From the NCBI GenBank assembly GCA_964409945.1, contig CAYPFJ010000007.1, forward strand, positions 18,635 through 82,634: a stretch of DNA of 64,000 nt. The letters are read 5' to 3'. Each line of letters starts with the position of its first letter. The stretch's first letter is position 1. The stretch comes from an uncultured archaeon. Its GTDB lineage: Archaea; Asgardarchaeota; Lokiarchaeia; Sigyniarchaeales; SOKP01. Shown piece after piece: positions 56,316-64,000 of this stretch. Position numbers and translations under genes: made by a program. Below the pieces are notes generated by a model that was not told where the DNA came from, did no database searches, and worked only from the letters and a program-made list of their open reading frames with translations.

Positions 56316-58400
56316 ATGGAATATATAGCAAAACACCCCATTTTAGAAATAACAGAGAAAAAAAAAGTTACTTTTAATTTTGATGGGAAAAAGTTAACTG
56401 GCTTTGAAGGAATGGTTATATCTTCAGCACTTTTCCTAAATAAAATAAAGATTTTTGGCCACCATATAAAAGACAATAGTCCACAAGGTATATTTTGTGC
56501 AAACGGACAATGTGCTCAATGTAATGTAATCGTAAATGGTATTCCAGTAAAAGCATGTATGACTCCTCTTAAGGAAGGTATGATAATAGAAAGTTGTAAT
56601 GGCTTACCAGAATTACCTCCTGAAGATAATGCTGTAACTGTAGGAGATTCTAAAATTGTTGAAACTGAAGTGCTTGTAATTGGTGCGGGTCCAGCAGGAT
56701 TATCAGCTACAAAAATATTAGGTGAGAATAATATTGAGGTGATCCTAATAGATGACAAAGCTGAACTTGGAGGAAAATTAGTGCTTCAGACTCACAAATT
56801 TTTTGGTTCTCAAGAAGAAGTATATGCTGGTAAACGTGGCATAGATATTGCTAAAATTTTGGGAAAATCTGTTGAAGTTATATCAAATGTTCAAGTTTGG
56901 TTGAATAGTGTTTGCCTAGCAGTTTTTAGCGATGGTTTAATTGGTATTTTAATAAATAATGAAGAATATGCATTGATAAAACCTAAGTATTTACTAATTG
57001 CTACTGGTGCTAGAGAAAAAATGTTAGTTTTTCCAGGAAATACATTACCAGGCGTTTATGGAGCAGGAGCCTTTCAAACTCTGGTAAATCGTGATTTAAT
57101 AAAAGCAGCAGATAAAATCTTCATAGTTGGTGGAGGTAATGTAGGTTTGATAGCAGGATATCATGCAATCCAAGCTGATATAGAAGTTGTAGGTTTGATT
57201 GAAGCTTTACCTCATTGTGGTGGATATAAAGTTCATGCGGATAAACTTAGAAGGTTAGGTGTTCCAATCTATACAAGTCATACTATTATTTCAGCTAATG
57301 GTAATGAAGATGTTAAGTCTATAACAATAGCACAAATTGATAAAGATTTTAAGATTATATCTGGAACGGAAAAATCTTTTGCTTGTGATACTATTTTAAT
57401 TGCTGTAGGATTAAATCCTGTTGACGAATTTTATCATAAGGCAAAGGAATTTGGATTTAGAGTTTGGGTAGCAGGCGATGCTCAAGAAATCGCAGAAGCT
57501 TCAGCTGCAATATTTACGGGTAAGATTGAAGCTTTTAAAATTTTAAAAGAAATTGGAGTTAAGTTTTTAGAAAATATTGAGGAGATGGAAGATTTTGCTG
57601 AAGTAATGAAAGCAAAACCACCACAACCTATTGAAACAGAAATTAAATTTAAAGAAGAAGGAGTTTATCCTGTTTTTTATTGTAACCAAGAAATTCCTTG
57701 TAATCCGTGTACTACTGTATGTGATCAAGAGCAGATTGAAACTTTTGATAATTTAATTACCCAATTGCCATATTTTAAGGGTGAAAAAGAATGTTTCGGA
57801 TGTGGAAAATGTGTAGCTGTCTGTCCTGGATTAGCAGTTGTATTAATTGATTATCGAAAAGATAAGGATAATCCATTGGCTACTTTTCCATTTGAACTTA
57901 GTGGAGAGAAATTAGAAAAAGGGCAAAATATTATCGTAGTAAGTAATGAAAAAGAGCTAGGGATATTTGAAATTCATAGATCTCGAATATTAAAAGAATT
58001 TCCTAAAACTCAACTCATAAGCGTTAAATTACCTTCAAATATTGCACAACAAGCTATAGGAATTAAACTTTATAAATCAAAATTCAATGAACCAATTGAT
58101 TTATACCATGAAGCATTAACAGACGATGAAACAATAGTATGTAGATGTGAACGTGTGTCAGTAGGAGAAATTCGAAAGTGGATTCAATCAGGTGTTAGAG
58201 ATTTCAATGAGTTAAAAGCATTGACAAAAGTAGGAATGGGAGCTTGTGGAGGTAAAACCTGTACTCCTCTAATTGAAAGAATATTCAGAGAAGAAGGTAT
58301 ATCAATGGATGAGATTACCCCAGGTACAAAACGCCCTCTCTTTATAGAAGTCCCAATGGGTATTTTTGCTAATACGAAAAATAATAAGGAGGAGCTGTAG
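56316..58400 (+). CDS. Multidomain Fe-S flavoprotein: N-terminal 2Fe-2S (Fer2_4) + FAD/NAD(P) pyridine-nucleotide-disulfide oxidoreductase + 4Fe-4S motif + BFD-like 2Fe-2S; HcnA+HcnB / opine oxidase A / archaeal proline dehydrogenase alpha-like
   Basis: FCANGQCAQCNVIVNG..KACMT; VLVIGAGPAGLSA; FIVGGGNVGL; CFGCGKCVAVCPG; CRCERVSVGEIRKWI..GMGACGGKTC. Confidence 0.7.
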   Translation: MEYIAKHPILEITEKKKVTFNFDGKKLTGFEGMVISSALFLNKIKIFGHHIKDNSPQGIFCANGQCAQCNVIVNGIPVKACMTPLKEGMIIESCNGLPELPPEDNAVTVGDSKIVETEVLVIGAGPAGLSATKILGENNIEVILIDDKAELGGKLVLQTHKFFGSQEEVYAGKRGIDIAKILGKSVEVISNVQVWLNSVCLAVFSDGLIGILINNEEYALIKPKYLLIATGAREKMLVFPGNTLPGVYGAGAFQTLVNRDLIKAADKIFIVGGGNVGLIAGYHAIQADIEVVGLIEALPHCGGYKVHADKLRRLGVPIYTSHTIISANGNEDVKSITIAQIDKDFKIISGTEKSFACDTILIAVGLNPVDEFYHKAKEFGFRVWVAGDAQEIAEASAAIFTGKIEAFKILKEIGVKFLENIEEMEDFAEVMKAKPPQPIETEIKFKEEGVYPVFYCNQEIPCNPCTTVCDQEQIETFDNLITQLPYFKGEKECFGCGKCVAVCPGLAVVLIDYRKDKDNPLATFPFELSGEKLEKGQNIIVVSNEKELGIFEIHRSRILKEFPKTQLISVKLPSNIAQQAIGIKLYKSKFNEPIDLYHEALTDDETIVCRCERVSVGEIRKWIQSGVRDFNELKALTKVGMGACGGKTCTPLIERIFREEGISMDEITPGTKRPLFIEVPMGIFANTKNNKEEL

Positions 58401-59567
58401 ATGGTTGAATATGATGTAGTTATTATTGGAGCCGGTAGTGTTGGAGTTCCTACAGCTTTAGCTACTGCAAATGAAGGATTAAAAACTTTAGTAATTGATT
58501 CATTACCATCAGTAGCACAAGCAGACAACAAACATGCTATTGGTGGTATTAGAGCTACTCACTCCCATAAAGGAAAAATATGGCTATGTCAAAGATCAAT
58601 AGAAATTTTCTCTTCTTGGGAAGAAAAATATGGAGATGATATTTGGTGGTCTCAAGGGGGTTATACATTCTTATCATATACTAAAGAACATGAAATTTTG
58701 TTAAAAGATACTGTAAAACTTCAAAAAAGTTATGGTCTAAATATCAACTACGTTGATGCTGAGAAAATTAAAGAGCTAATACCAGGCATAAATAATGATA
58801 ATTTATTAGGTGGTACATATAGCCCTGAAGATGGAAATGCTTCTCCATTGTTATCATTACATGCTTTTTTTCGCCGATCAAAAGCTTTAGGTGCTAATTA
58901 TCATTTTAATGAAAAAGTTATAGATATTTTAACTCAAAATAATAAAGTTATTGGTATACAAACGACTAAAGGTCAATACAAAACCCAATCAATTATTAAT
59001 GCAGCTGGTGCTCATGCTAAAGAAATTAGTGATATGATTGGTATAAATACAACAATAGAACCAGAATCACATGAAGCGGGAATAACAGAACCAGTAAAAA
59101 ATTTCTTTAAGCCAATGATCGTAGACATTAGATCTTGTTCTGATCCTAAATTTGGAAACTCTAAAAACTATTATTTCTACCAAAATAAAGAAGGTAAAAT
59201 TATTTTTTGTTTGACTCCTGAACCGAATAATCCAGGAATGGATCGTCGCGAAACCAGTTTATTTTTACCTCAGATTTCAAAAAGAATGATACAACTTCTA
59301 CCTCGTTTAAGAAATATAAAGATAAGAAGAACTTGGCGTGGTTTATATCCGATGACTCCTGATGGGAATCCAATTTTAGGTAACGTAAATGAAATTGAAG
59401 GATATATCAATGCTGTTGGGATGTGTGGTCAAGGATTTATGCTAGGACCGGGATTAGGAGAACTTCTCAATCGTATTTTGACAGAAAAAATAAACTTTAA
59501 GGATAAAGAGATTTTAGAAACTCTTTCTTATTCTCGCGATTTTGGTATTGAAGAAGAATTGAAATAA
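58401..59567 (+). CDS. FAD-dependent oxidoreductase, DAO family (sarcosine oxidase beta / HcnC / proline dehydrogenase beta-like)
   Basis: YDVVIIGAGSVGVPTALATA dinucleotide fold. 388 aa. The ATG directly abuts the upstream stop (tagATG). Confidence 0.75.
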   Translation: MVEYDVVIIGAGSVGVPTALATANEGLKTLVIDSLPSVAQADNKHAIGGIRATHSHKGKIWLCQRSIEIFSSWEEKYGDDIWWSQGGYTFLSYTKEHEILLKDTVKLQKSYGLNINYVDAEKIKELIPGINNDNLLGGTYSPEDGNASPLLSLHAFFRRSKALGANYHFNEKVIDILTQNNKVIGIQTTKGQYKTQSIINAAGAHAKEISDMIGINTTIEPESHEAGITEPVKNFFKPMIVDIRSCSDPKFGNSKNYYFYQNKEGKIIFCLTPEPNNPGMDRRETSLFLPQISKRMIQLLPRLRNIKIRRTWRGLYPMTPDGNPILGNVNEIEGYINAVGMCGQGFMLGPGLGELLNRILTEKINFKDKEILETLSYSRDFGIEEELK

Positions 59568-59655
59568 ATATTTCAAAAAAAACCACCTCATTTGATTTAT
59601 ATCTGACCTTTCTTTTTACTATTTAATTATCATCTAAATTTCTAAATGAGTAATA

Positions 59656-60588
59656 ATGGTTCGACATTTATTAAAAGTCTCAGATTTTTCAAAAGAAGAG
59701 TGCGAGAACGTCATTAATAAAGCAATTGAGGTAAAGAAAAATTCTAAAAAATTTAGCTCTGAATTAGAAGGAGAGACATTATTAATGCTATTTGAGAAAC
59801 CCTCTTTAAGAACCCGCATTTCATTTGAAACTGGAATGCAACAATTAGGTGGACATGCTATTTTTTATTCTATAAAAGACTCTCCCTTAGGTAAAAAGGA
59901 AAACATTTCTGATACAGCAAAAGTTGCGTCTAGATTTGTAAATATTATTGCAGCTCGTGTATTTAAACGCCAAGACGTCTGGGATCTAGCTAAATATGCT
60001 GATGTTCCAGTTATAAACATGCTCGATGATTTTGCACACCCCTGCCAAATTCTAGGCGATTTTCAGACTATTAAAGAGAAAAAGAACAATTTAAGAAACA
60101 TGAAACTCTCTTATTTTGGAGATGCTCATAATAATGTTACATATGATTTAATGAGGATGTGTGCCATATTTGGCTGGAGAATGGATGTTGCTTGCCCTAA
60201 TGCTCTGCAATATTCGCCAGAAGAAATAGTGTTAGAGGAAGTTTCAGATCTGTCAAAAGAAACCGGTGCTGAAGTAAAAATTATTCATGATGCTATAGAA
60301 GCAGCTCGAGATGCAGATGTTATATATACTGATAGCTGGATGTCGTATGGGATTCCTCAAGAACAGGAACAACAACGTAAAAAAGCATTTATGCCATTTC
60401 AAGTTACATCATCAGTCATGAAAAAGGCAAAATCAGACGCAGTTTTTATGAATTGTCTACCAGCAATGAGAGAGTATGAACAAACCACAGGAGTAATTGA
60501 TGGTCCTCAATCGATTGTTTTCGATCAAGCAGAAAATAGACTACATATCCAAAAAGCAATTATGTTATTTTTACGTGAGAAATTTTAG
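59656..60588 (+). CDS. argF: Ornithine carbamoyltransferase family protein (divergent ornithine-site motifs)
   Basis: FEKPSLRTRISFE, HPCQILGD, DSWMSYG (canonical D.W.SMG), FMNCLPA (canonical HCLP). 310 aa. Carbamate kinase lies nearby. Confidence 0.7.
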   Translation: MVRHLLKVSDFSKEECENVINKAIEVKKNSKKFSSELEGETLLMLFEKPSLRTRISFETGMQQLGGHAIFYSIKDSPLGKKENISDTAKVASRFVNIIAARVFKRQDVWDLAKYADVPVINMLDDFAHPCQILGDFQTIKEKKNNLRNMKLSYFGDAHNNVTYDLMRMCAIFGWRMDVACPNALQYSPEEIVLEEVSDLSKETGAEVKIIHDAIEAARDADVIYTDSWMSYGIPQEQEQQRKKAFMPFQVTSSVMKKAKSDAVFMNCLPAMREYEQTTGVIDGPQSIVFDQAENRLHIQKAIMLFLREKF

Positions 60589-60625
60589 GATGATATATCA
60601 TTTATTATTTCTATAATTTTTAAAT

Positions 60626-60653
60626 ATGTGTGTGTATGTATATATATATACAT
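60626..60653. repeat. (TG)n/(TA)n low-complexity microsatellite
   Basis: atgtgtgtgtatgtatatatatatacat immediately upstream of the vapB-like ATG. Confidence 0.7.
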
Positions 60654-60902
60654 ATGACTTCTAAAAATATTAGTATAACTGAAGAAGTGTATAAGAAATT
60701 AATGAAAATTAAAGGAAAGAATGAAAGTTTTTCTGAGCTTTTCTTAAGATTATTAAAAATTCAAAAGAGTAAGATGGAAAAAAGCTTTGGAGCATGGAAT
60801 CTTTCAGAAAAGGAGAAAAATGAGATTTGGGATGACATTACAAATCGTCCTGGGCGTATTTGGAAAAAATCTGAATTAAGGGATATAAATGATAATTCTT
60901 GA
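60654..60902 (+). CDS. vapB: VapB-type antitoxin (small archaeal 'predicted antitoxin' family)
   Basis: MTSKNISITEEVYKKLMKIKGKNESFSELFLRLL is the typical N-terminal RHH-like segment. It overlaps the PIN gene by 14 nt. Confidence 0.6.
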   Translation: MTSKNISITEEVYKKLMKIKGKNESFSELFLRLLKIQKSKMEKSFGAWNLSEKEKNEIWDDITNRPGRIWKKSELRDINDNS

Positions 60903-61296
60903 TACTTCTGCATGTATTGAATATTTAAATGGTAATGAAAGAATTAAAAACATTATCTCTAAACAAGAAGATCTAATCCATATTACAGCAATTACGGTTT
61001 ATGAAATTAATATTGGTTTAGAACATACAAAAAGAAAAATTTCTGAAAAAAGATATAGGGAACTTTATAAAATGTGGACGGAATTTATTAGTAGTATGGA
61101 AATCTTCCCTTTAGGATATAAAGAAGCTGAAAAAGCCGCACAAATATGTGATATTCTCGAGTCTAAAGGTCAAATAATCGATGACAACGATATATTAATT
61201 ATTGGTATTATGCTTTCAAATGGTATAAATAAAATTATAACTAAAAATGTTAAACATTTCGGAAAAATCGAGAGTATTGAACTTATTCCATACTGA
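60889..61296 (+). CDS. vapC: PIN-domain ribonuclease toxin VapC
   Basis: MIILDTSACIEYL (first acidic residue), ..TVYEINIG.., ..DDNDILIIG... 135 aa. Confidence 0.75.
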   Translation: MIILDTSACIEYLNGNERIKNIISKQEDLIHITAITVYEINIGLEHTKRKISEKRYRELYKMWTEFISSMEIFPLGYKEAEKAAQICDILESKGQIIDDNDILIIGIMLSNGINKIITKNVKHFGKIESIELIPY

Positions 61297-61425
61297 TACC
61301 GAGAAATTTAAATATTAACCATAATAAATTACAGAATTCTTTTTACGAGCAAAATTTTAAATAATAAGTTAAATATTATTATTTTTTCCATTAGTGTTAA
61401 TTATCTCAATAATAGAGGTTTTTCT

Positions 61426-62343
61426 TTGAAAACTTTAATAGTAGCTCTTGGTGGGAATGCTTTAATAAAGTTTGGGGAAGAAGGTACAACAGAGGAACAA
61501 TTTCGGAATCTTAGAGTTCCTATAAGCCAAATTGCGGAATTAGCAAAAAACTATAATATTATTATAACTCACGGAAATGGTCCACAAGTTGGAAATCTCT
61601 TATTACAACAAGAGGGAACTGAATTTGTATCAAAAAGGCCATTACAAATACTAGTAGCAGAAACTCAGGGCCAGATTGGTTTTATGATTGAAAGTACTTT
61701 AGATGAGGAGCTCATGAAAATAGGGCTGGATGAAGAAAAACTTTTTCTAACAGTTCTAACTTACGTTAAGGTTGATCCAAAAGATCCTGCTTTTATGAAT
61801 CCTACGAAACCAATTGGACCTGCTTATCCTGTCCGTACTAAACATGGTCAAGTGAAAACAACCAAAGGCTGGCGACGAGTTGTACCATCTCCTAAGCCAA
61901 AAAAAATTTATCAATGGCGTGAAATAAAGAAACTCATGGAATTAGGAAGTTGGATTGTAATAGCCTGTGGTGGTGGTGGGATACCTGTTATAAAAGAAGA
62001 GAAGAAGTTATATGGAGTCGAAGCCGTCATAGATAAAGATCTTGCAAGTTCAAAATTAGCTGAGCAAATTGAAGCAGATATTCTTCTTATTGCTACTGAT
62101 ATTGAGAGAGTTGCGATAAATTACGGGAAACCAGATCAAGAAGATTTAGAAAATCTTTCTGTATCTGACGCAAAAAAATATTTAAAAGAAGGCCAGTTTC
62201 CCGTCGGAAGTATGGGTCCAAAAATTCAAGCAGTAATAAATTTTATGGAAGCGGGAGGAGAAAAAGCTATAATTACTTCTATTGAAAAGATAAAAGAAGC
62301 ATTAGAAGGAAAAGCTGGGACTCAAATAATTTTAGATAAATAA
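61426..62343 (+). CDS. arcC: Carbamate kinase; TTG start
   Basis: (M)KTLIVALGGNAL, ITHGNGPQVG, ACGGGGIPV. There is no ATG/GTG/TTG between the upstream in-frame TAA (61309-11) and the TTG at 61426. Confidence 0.85.
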   Translation: MKTLIVALGGNALIKFGEEGTTEEQFRNLRVPISQIAELAKNYNIIITHGNGPQVGNLLLQQEGTEFVSKRPLQILVAETQGQIGFMIESTLDEELMKIGLDEEKLFLTVLTYVKVDPKDPAFMNPTKPIGPAYPVRTKHGQVKTTKGWRRVVPSPKPKKIYQWREIKKLMELGSWIVIACGGGGIPVIKEEKKLYGVEAVIDKDLASSKLAEQIEADILLIATDIERVAINYGKPDQEDLENLSVSDAKKYLKEGQFPVGSMGPKIQAVINFMEAGGEKAIITSIEKIKEALEGKAGTQIILDK

Positions 62344-62345
62344 TT

Positions 62346-63608
62346 TTATTGTTTTACAAACACTTTTTCTATAATATCAATAGCCCAATCAATTTCTTCT
62401 CTTGTTATTACCAACGGAGGAGCAAATCGAATGATAGTAGAGTGAGTATCTTTTGCTAAAATTCCATTGTCCTTTAATTCCTCTACAATCTGTCTGGCAT
62501 CTTCCTCAAATTCAACAGCGATTAATAATCCTTTACCTCTAACTTCTTTAATTGGAATTCTAGTTTTCTTCTCAGCAACTTCCTTTAATCTTTTCAAAAA
62601 ATAAGCACCCATTTTCTTAGCACGTTCTGCTAAATTCTCTCGTAGGTGAATATCTATTGATTTCATACCAATTGCCGCTGCTAAAGGATTACCGCCGAAA
62701 GTACTTCCATGTGTACCAGGTTTTATCACATCAGGACCAATGATCTCTTGTGTACTTACACACGCAGAAACTGGATATACTCCACCTCCAAGAGCTTTAC
62801 CAAGCAATAACATATCTGGTTTCACATCTTCATGATCGCAAGCAAAGAATTCTCCAGTTCTTCCGAATCCTGTTTGAATTTCATCCAGAATCATTAAAAT
62901 TTGATATTTAGAACAAATTTCTCTAACTTTTTTTAAATAACCTTCTGGAGGAATTTTTACACCAGCTTCTCCTTGGATAGGTTCTACTAAAAAAGCAGCA
63001 ATTTTTTCAGGACCAGTTTCTAATATTTTGTGTTCTAATTCTTTAGCATCTCCATAGGGTATAATTATGAAACCAGGTGTATAAGGTCCAAAATTTCCAT
63101 AATATCGAGCTGCAGAAATATCAGAACTAAAACCTACAATAGTAATGGTTCTTCCGTGAAAATTGTCTCTACAGACTATTATTTTCGCTTCATTTTTTGG
63201 AATCTTTTTTTTAATATAACCCCACGCTCGAGCTACCTTTAAACCTGTAGAAACAGCTTCCGTTCCTGTATTCATAGGAATAGACATTATGCCAGAATTT
63301 TTTGGGTCATTAATATGTGGTCCAACAACTTCAGCTAACATTTTTAAAAAAGGTCCCATCATATTATTATGAAAAGCTCGAGATGTTAGTGTTACAATAC
63401 TTGCTTGTTCTTTTAACGTTGCAACAATTTCGGGATGACAATGACCCACATTCTGACTTGAATATGCTGATAAACAGTCTAAATATTTCTTACCTTCCGG
63501 ATCATAAACCCAAACTCCTTCTGCTCGTGAAATTACAACGGGAATTGGGTGATAATTATGAGCGCAATATTTATTATCCATCTCAATAAAGTCTTTTGAA
63601 GTTGGCAT
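62346..63608 (-). CDS. rocD: Ornithine aminotransferase (class III PLP aminotransferase)
   Basis: YHPIPVVISRAEGVWVYDPEGKKYLDCLSAYSSQNVGHCHP, DEIQTGFGRTG, PLP-Lys context LLLGKALGGG. Confidence 0.8.
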   Translation of the reverse strand: MPTSKDFIEMDNKYCAHNYHPIPVVISRAEGVWVYDPEGKKYLDCLSAYSSQNVGHCHPEIVATLKEQASIVTLTSRAFHNNMMGPFLKMLAEVVGPHINDPKNSGIMSIPMNTGTEAVSTGLKVARAWGYIKKKIPKNEAKIIVCRDNFHGRTITIVGFSSDISAARYYGNFGPYTPGFIIIPYGDAKELEHKILETGPEKIAAFLVEPIQGEAGVKIPPEGYLKKVREICSKYQILMILDEIQTGFGRTGEFFACDHEDVKPDMLLLGKALGGGVYPVSACVSTQEIIGPDVIKPGTHGSTFGGNPLAAAIGMKSIDIHLRENLAERAKKMGAYFLKRLKEVAEKKTRIPIKEVRGKGLLIAVEFEEDARQIVEELKDNGILAKDTHSTIIRFAPPLVITREEIDWAIDIIEKVFVKQ

Positions 63609-63729
63609 ATTTTTTCATATTTCTTTCTTTATCTAAAATACTACTTAATAATATGAACAGATTCATTAAAAGGTTAGATGTTCTTTTCTTATATTTGGGA
63701 ATAAAATGGGATTATAGAAAATGAAATTT

Positions 63730-64000
63730 TTAATTGTATCCCTTTCTTCTTACATGTTCTTTAATAAAAAATGACGCGACTATTTCAGCATAGGTTCCTG
63801 GTCCAAATCCAGCATCATATCCTAATTCCTTTGCTAATTCATTATTTATTCTGGCTCCACCGCAAATCAATATAATTTTATCCCTTATACCCTCAGCTTC
63901 TAAGAGATCAACTAATTGAGTTAAATTCTTAATATGTATATCTTTTTGTGTCACTGTTTGTGAGACAAGTAAAACGTCAGCTTTAAGTTCTATTGCTTTT
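63730..64000 (-). CDS. B12-binding (Rossmann) C-terminal part of an aminomutase beta subunit (lysine 5,6-aminomutase KamE / ornithine aminomutase OraE-like); 5' end outside the window
   Basis: The frame is open to the window edge: KAIELKADVLLVSQTVTQKDIHIKNL..IRDKIILICGGARINNELAKELGYDAGFGPGT. Confidence 0.55.
   Translation of the reverse strand, partial: KAIELKADVLLVSQTVTQKDIHIKNLTQLVDLLEAEGIRDKIILICGGARINNELAKELGYDAGFGPGTYAEIVASFFIKEHVRRKGYN

Noticed and set aside
5004-58531. Many short track ORFs nested antisense or out of frame inside confidently identified genes. These are 5004..5186, 9321..9509, 10380..10802, 11341..11544, 17069..17311, 17800..17985, 18366..18647, 23904..24308, 25744..26007, 27227..27421, 30645..30878, 34020..34268, 34304..34534, 35147..35434, 37640..37867, 41406..41663, 41749..42096, 42015..42221, 44305..44526, 46195..46386, 50772..50984, 53413..53763, 55443..55673, 56291..56476, 56516..56758, 58184..58531, and just beyond this span 59634..59819 and 63317..63589.
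   Set aside because: Each overlaps a longer ORF with clear family motifs, and their translations show no recognisable domains. They are typical shadow ORFs.
13510-61296. Genome-wide reassignment of TGA as a sense codon, as an explanation for the three in-frame TGAs
   Set aside because: TGA terminates several full-length conserved genes at the expected C-termini (13510-12, 40156-58, 49258-60, 52746-48, 56276-78, 61294-96). At most, site-specific recoding is possible.
1-64000. Search for rRNA, tRNA, transposase/integrase genes, prophage or integrative-element borders
   Set aside because: No GC-rich structured intergenic islands typical of tRNA/rRNA in an AT-rich archaeon were seen. No DDE/Tyr/Ser recombinase motifs appear in any ORF. 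The rearrangement footprints found are deletions and fragments, not recognisable mobile elements.

Overview
AT-rich (about 30% G+C by eye) chromosomal segment that looks archaeal. The evidence is AlaX, a Bat-type HTH_10 regulator, a COG2403/cyclic-2,3-DPG-synthetase-like P-loop protein, tungsten-type AOR, MtaA/URO-D-like and YkgJ genes. A heliorhodopsin, an SDS22-type LRR protein and a eukaryote-like two-subunit ATP-citrate lyase are compatible with an Asgard/Loki-like lineage, but that is inference only. I support about 60 genes. They include central carbon metabolism (aconitase, fumarase, ACL, IDH, GDH), an Arg/Orn/Pro catabolic block (AOR, HcnABC/proline-dehydrogenase-like flavoenzyme pair, OTC, carbamate kinase, ornithine aminotransferase, B12 aminomutase fragment at the right edge), peptidases, transporters and one VapBC pair. 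The most unusual content is a paralogous family of membrane proteins built from modules of two hydrophobic segments plus a left-handed beta-helix. It occurs at three loci (29-1818, 9250-11079, 11632-14459) in three module types (N, A, B). Together N, A and B reproduce the 6-TM / 3-soluble-domain layout of the C-terminal polymerase domain of Pls-type poly-amino-acid synthetases, but no adenylation or carrier domain is present. One copy is translationally coupled to a nitrilase-superfamily hydrolase. Other notable points: a PRX_like2 redoxin with an in-frame TGA exactly at the first Cys of CxxC (selenoprotein candidate or pseudogene), and two further genes each interrupted by a single in-frame TGA. 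There are also two tandem 50-aa zinc-ribbon genes missed by the ORF track, and a GGQ-less eRF1/Pelota-like protein lacking the N domain. A microhomology-mediated chimeric junction of two gene fragments and an unusually high load of gene remnants (uvdE, DUF1761, methyltransferase, GT1, NTase) complete the list. No rRNA, tRNA, CRISPR array, transposase or integrase was recognised. All homology statements come from reading motifs by eye; no searches were run.
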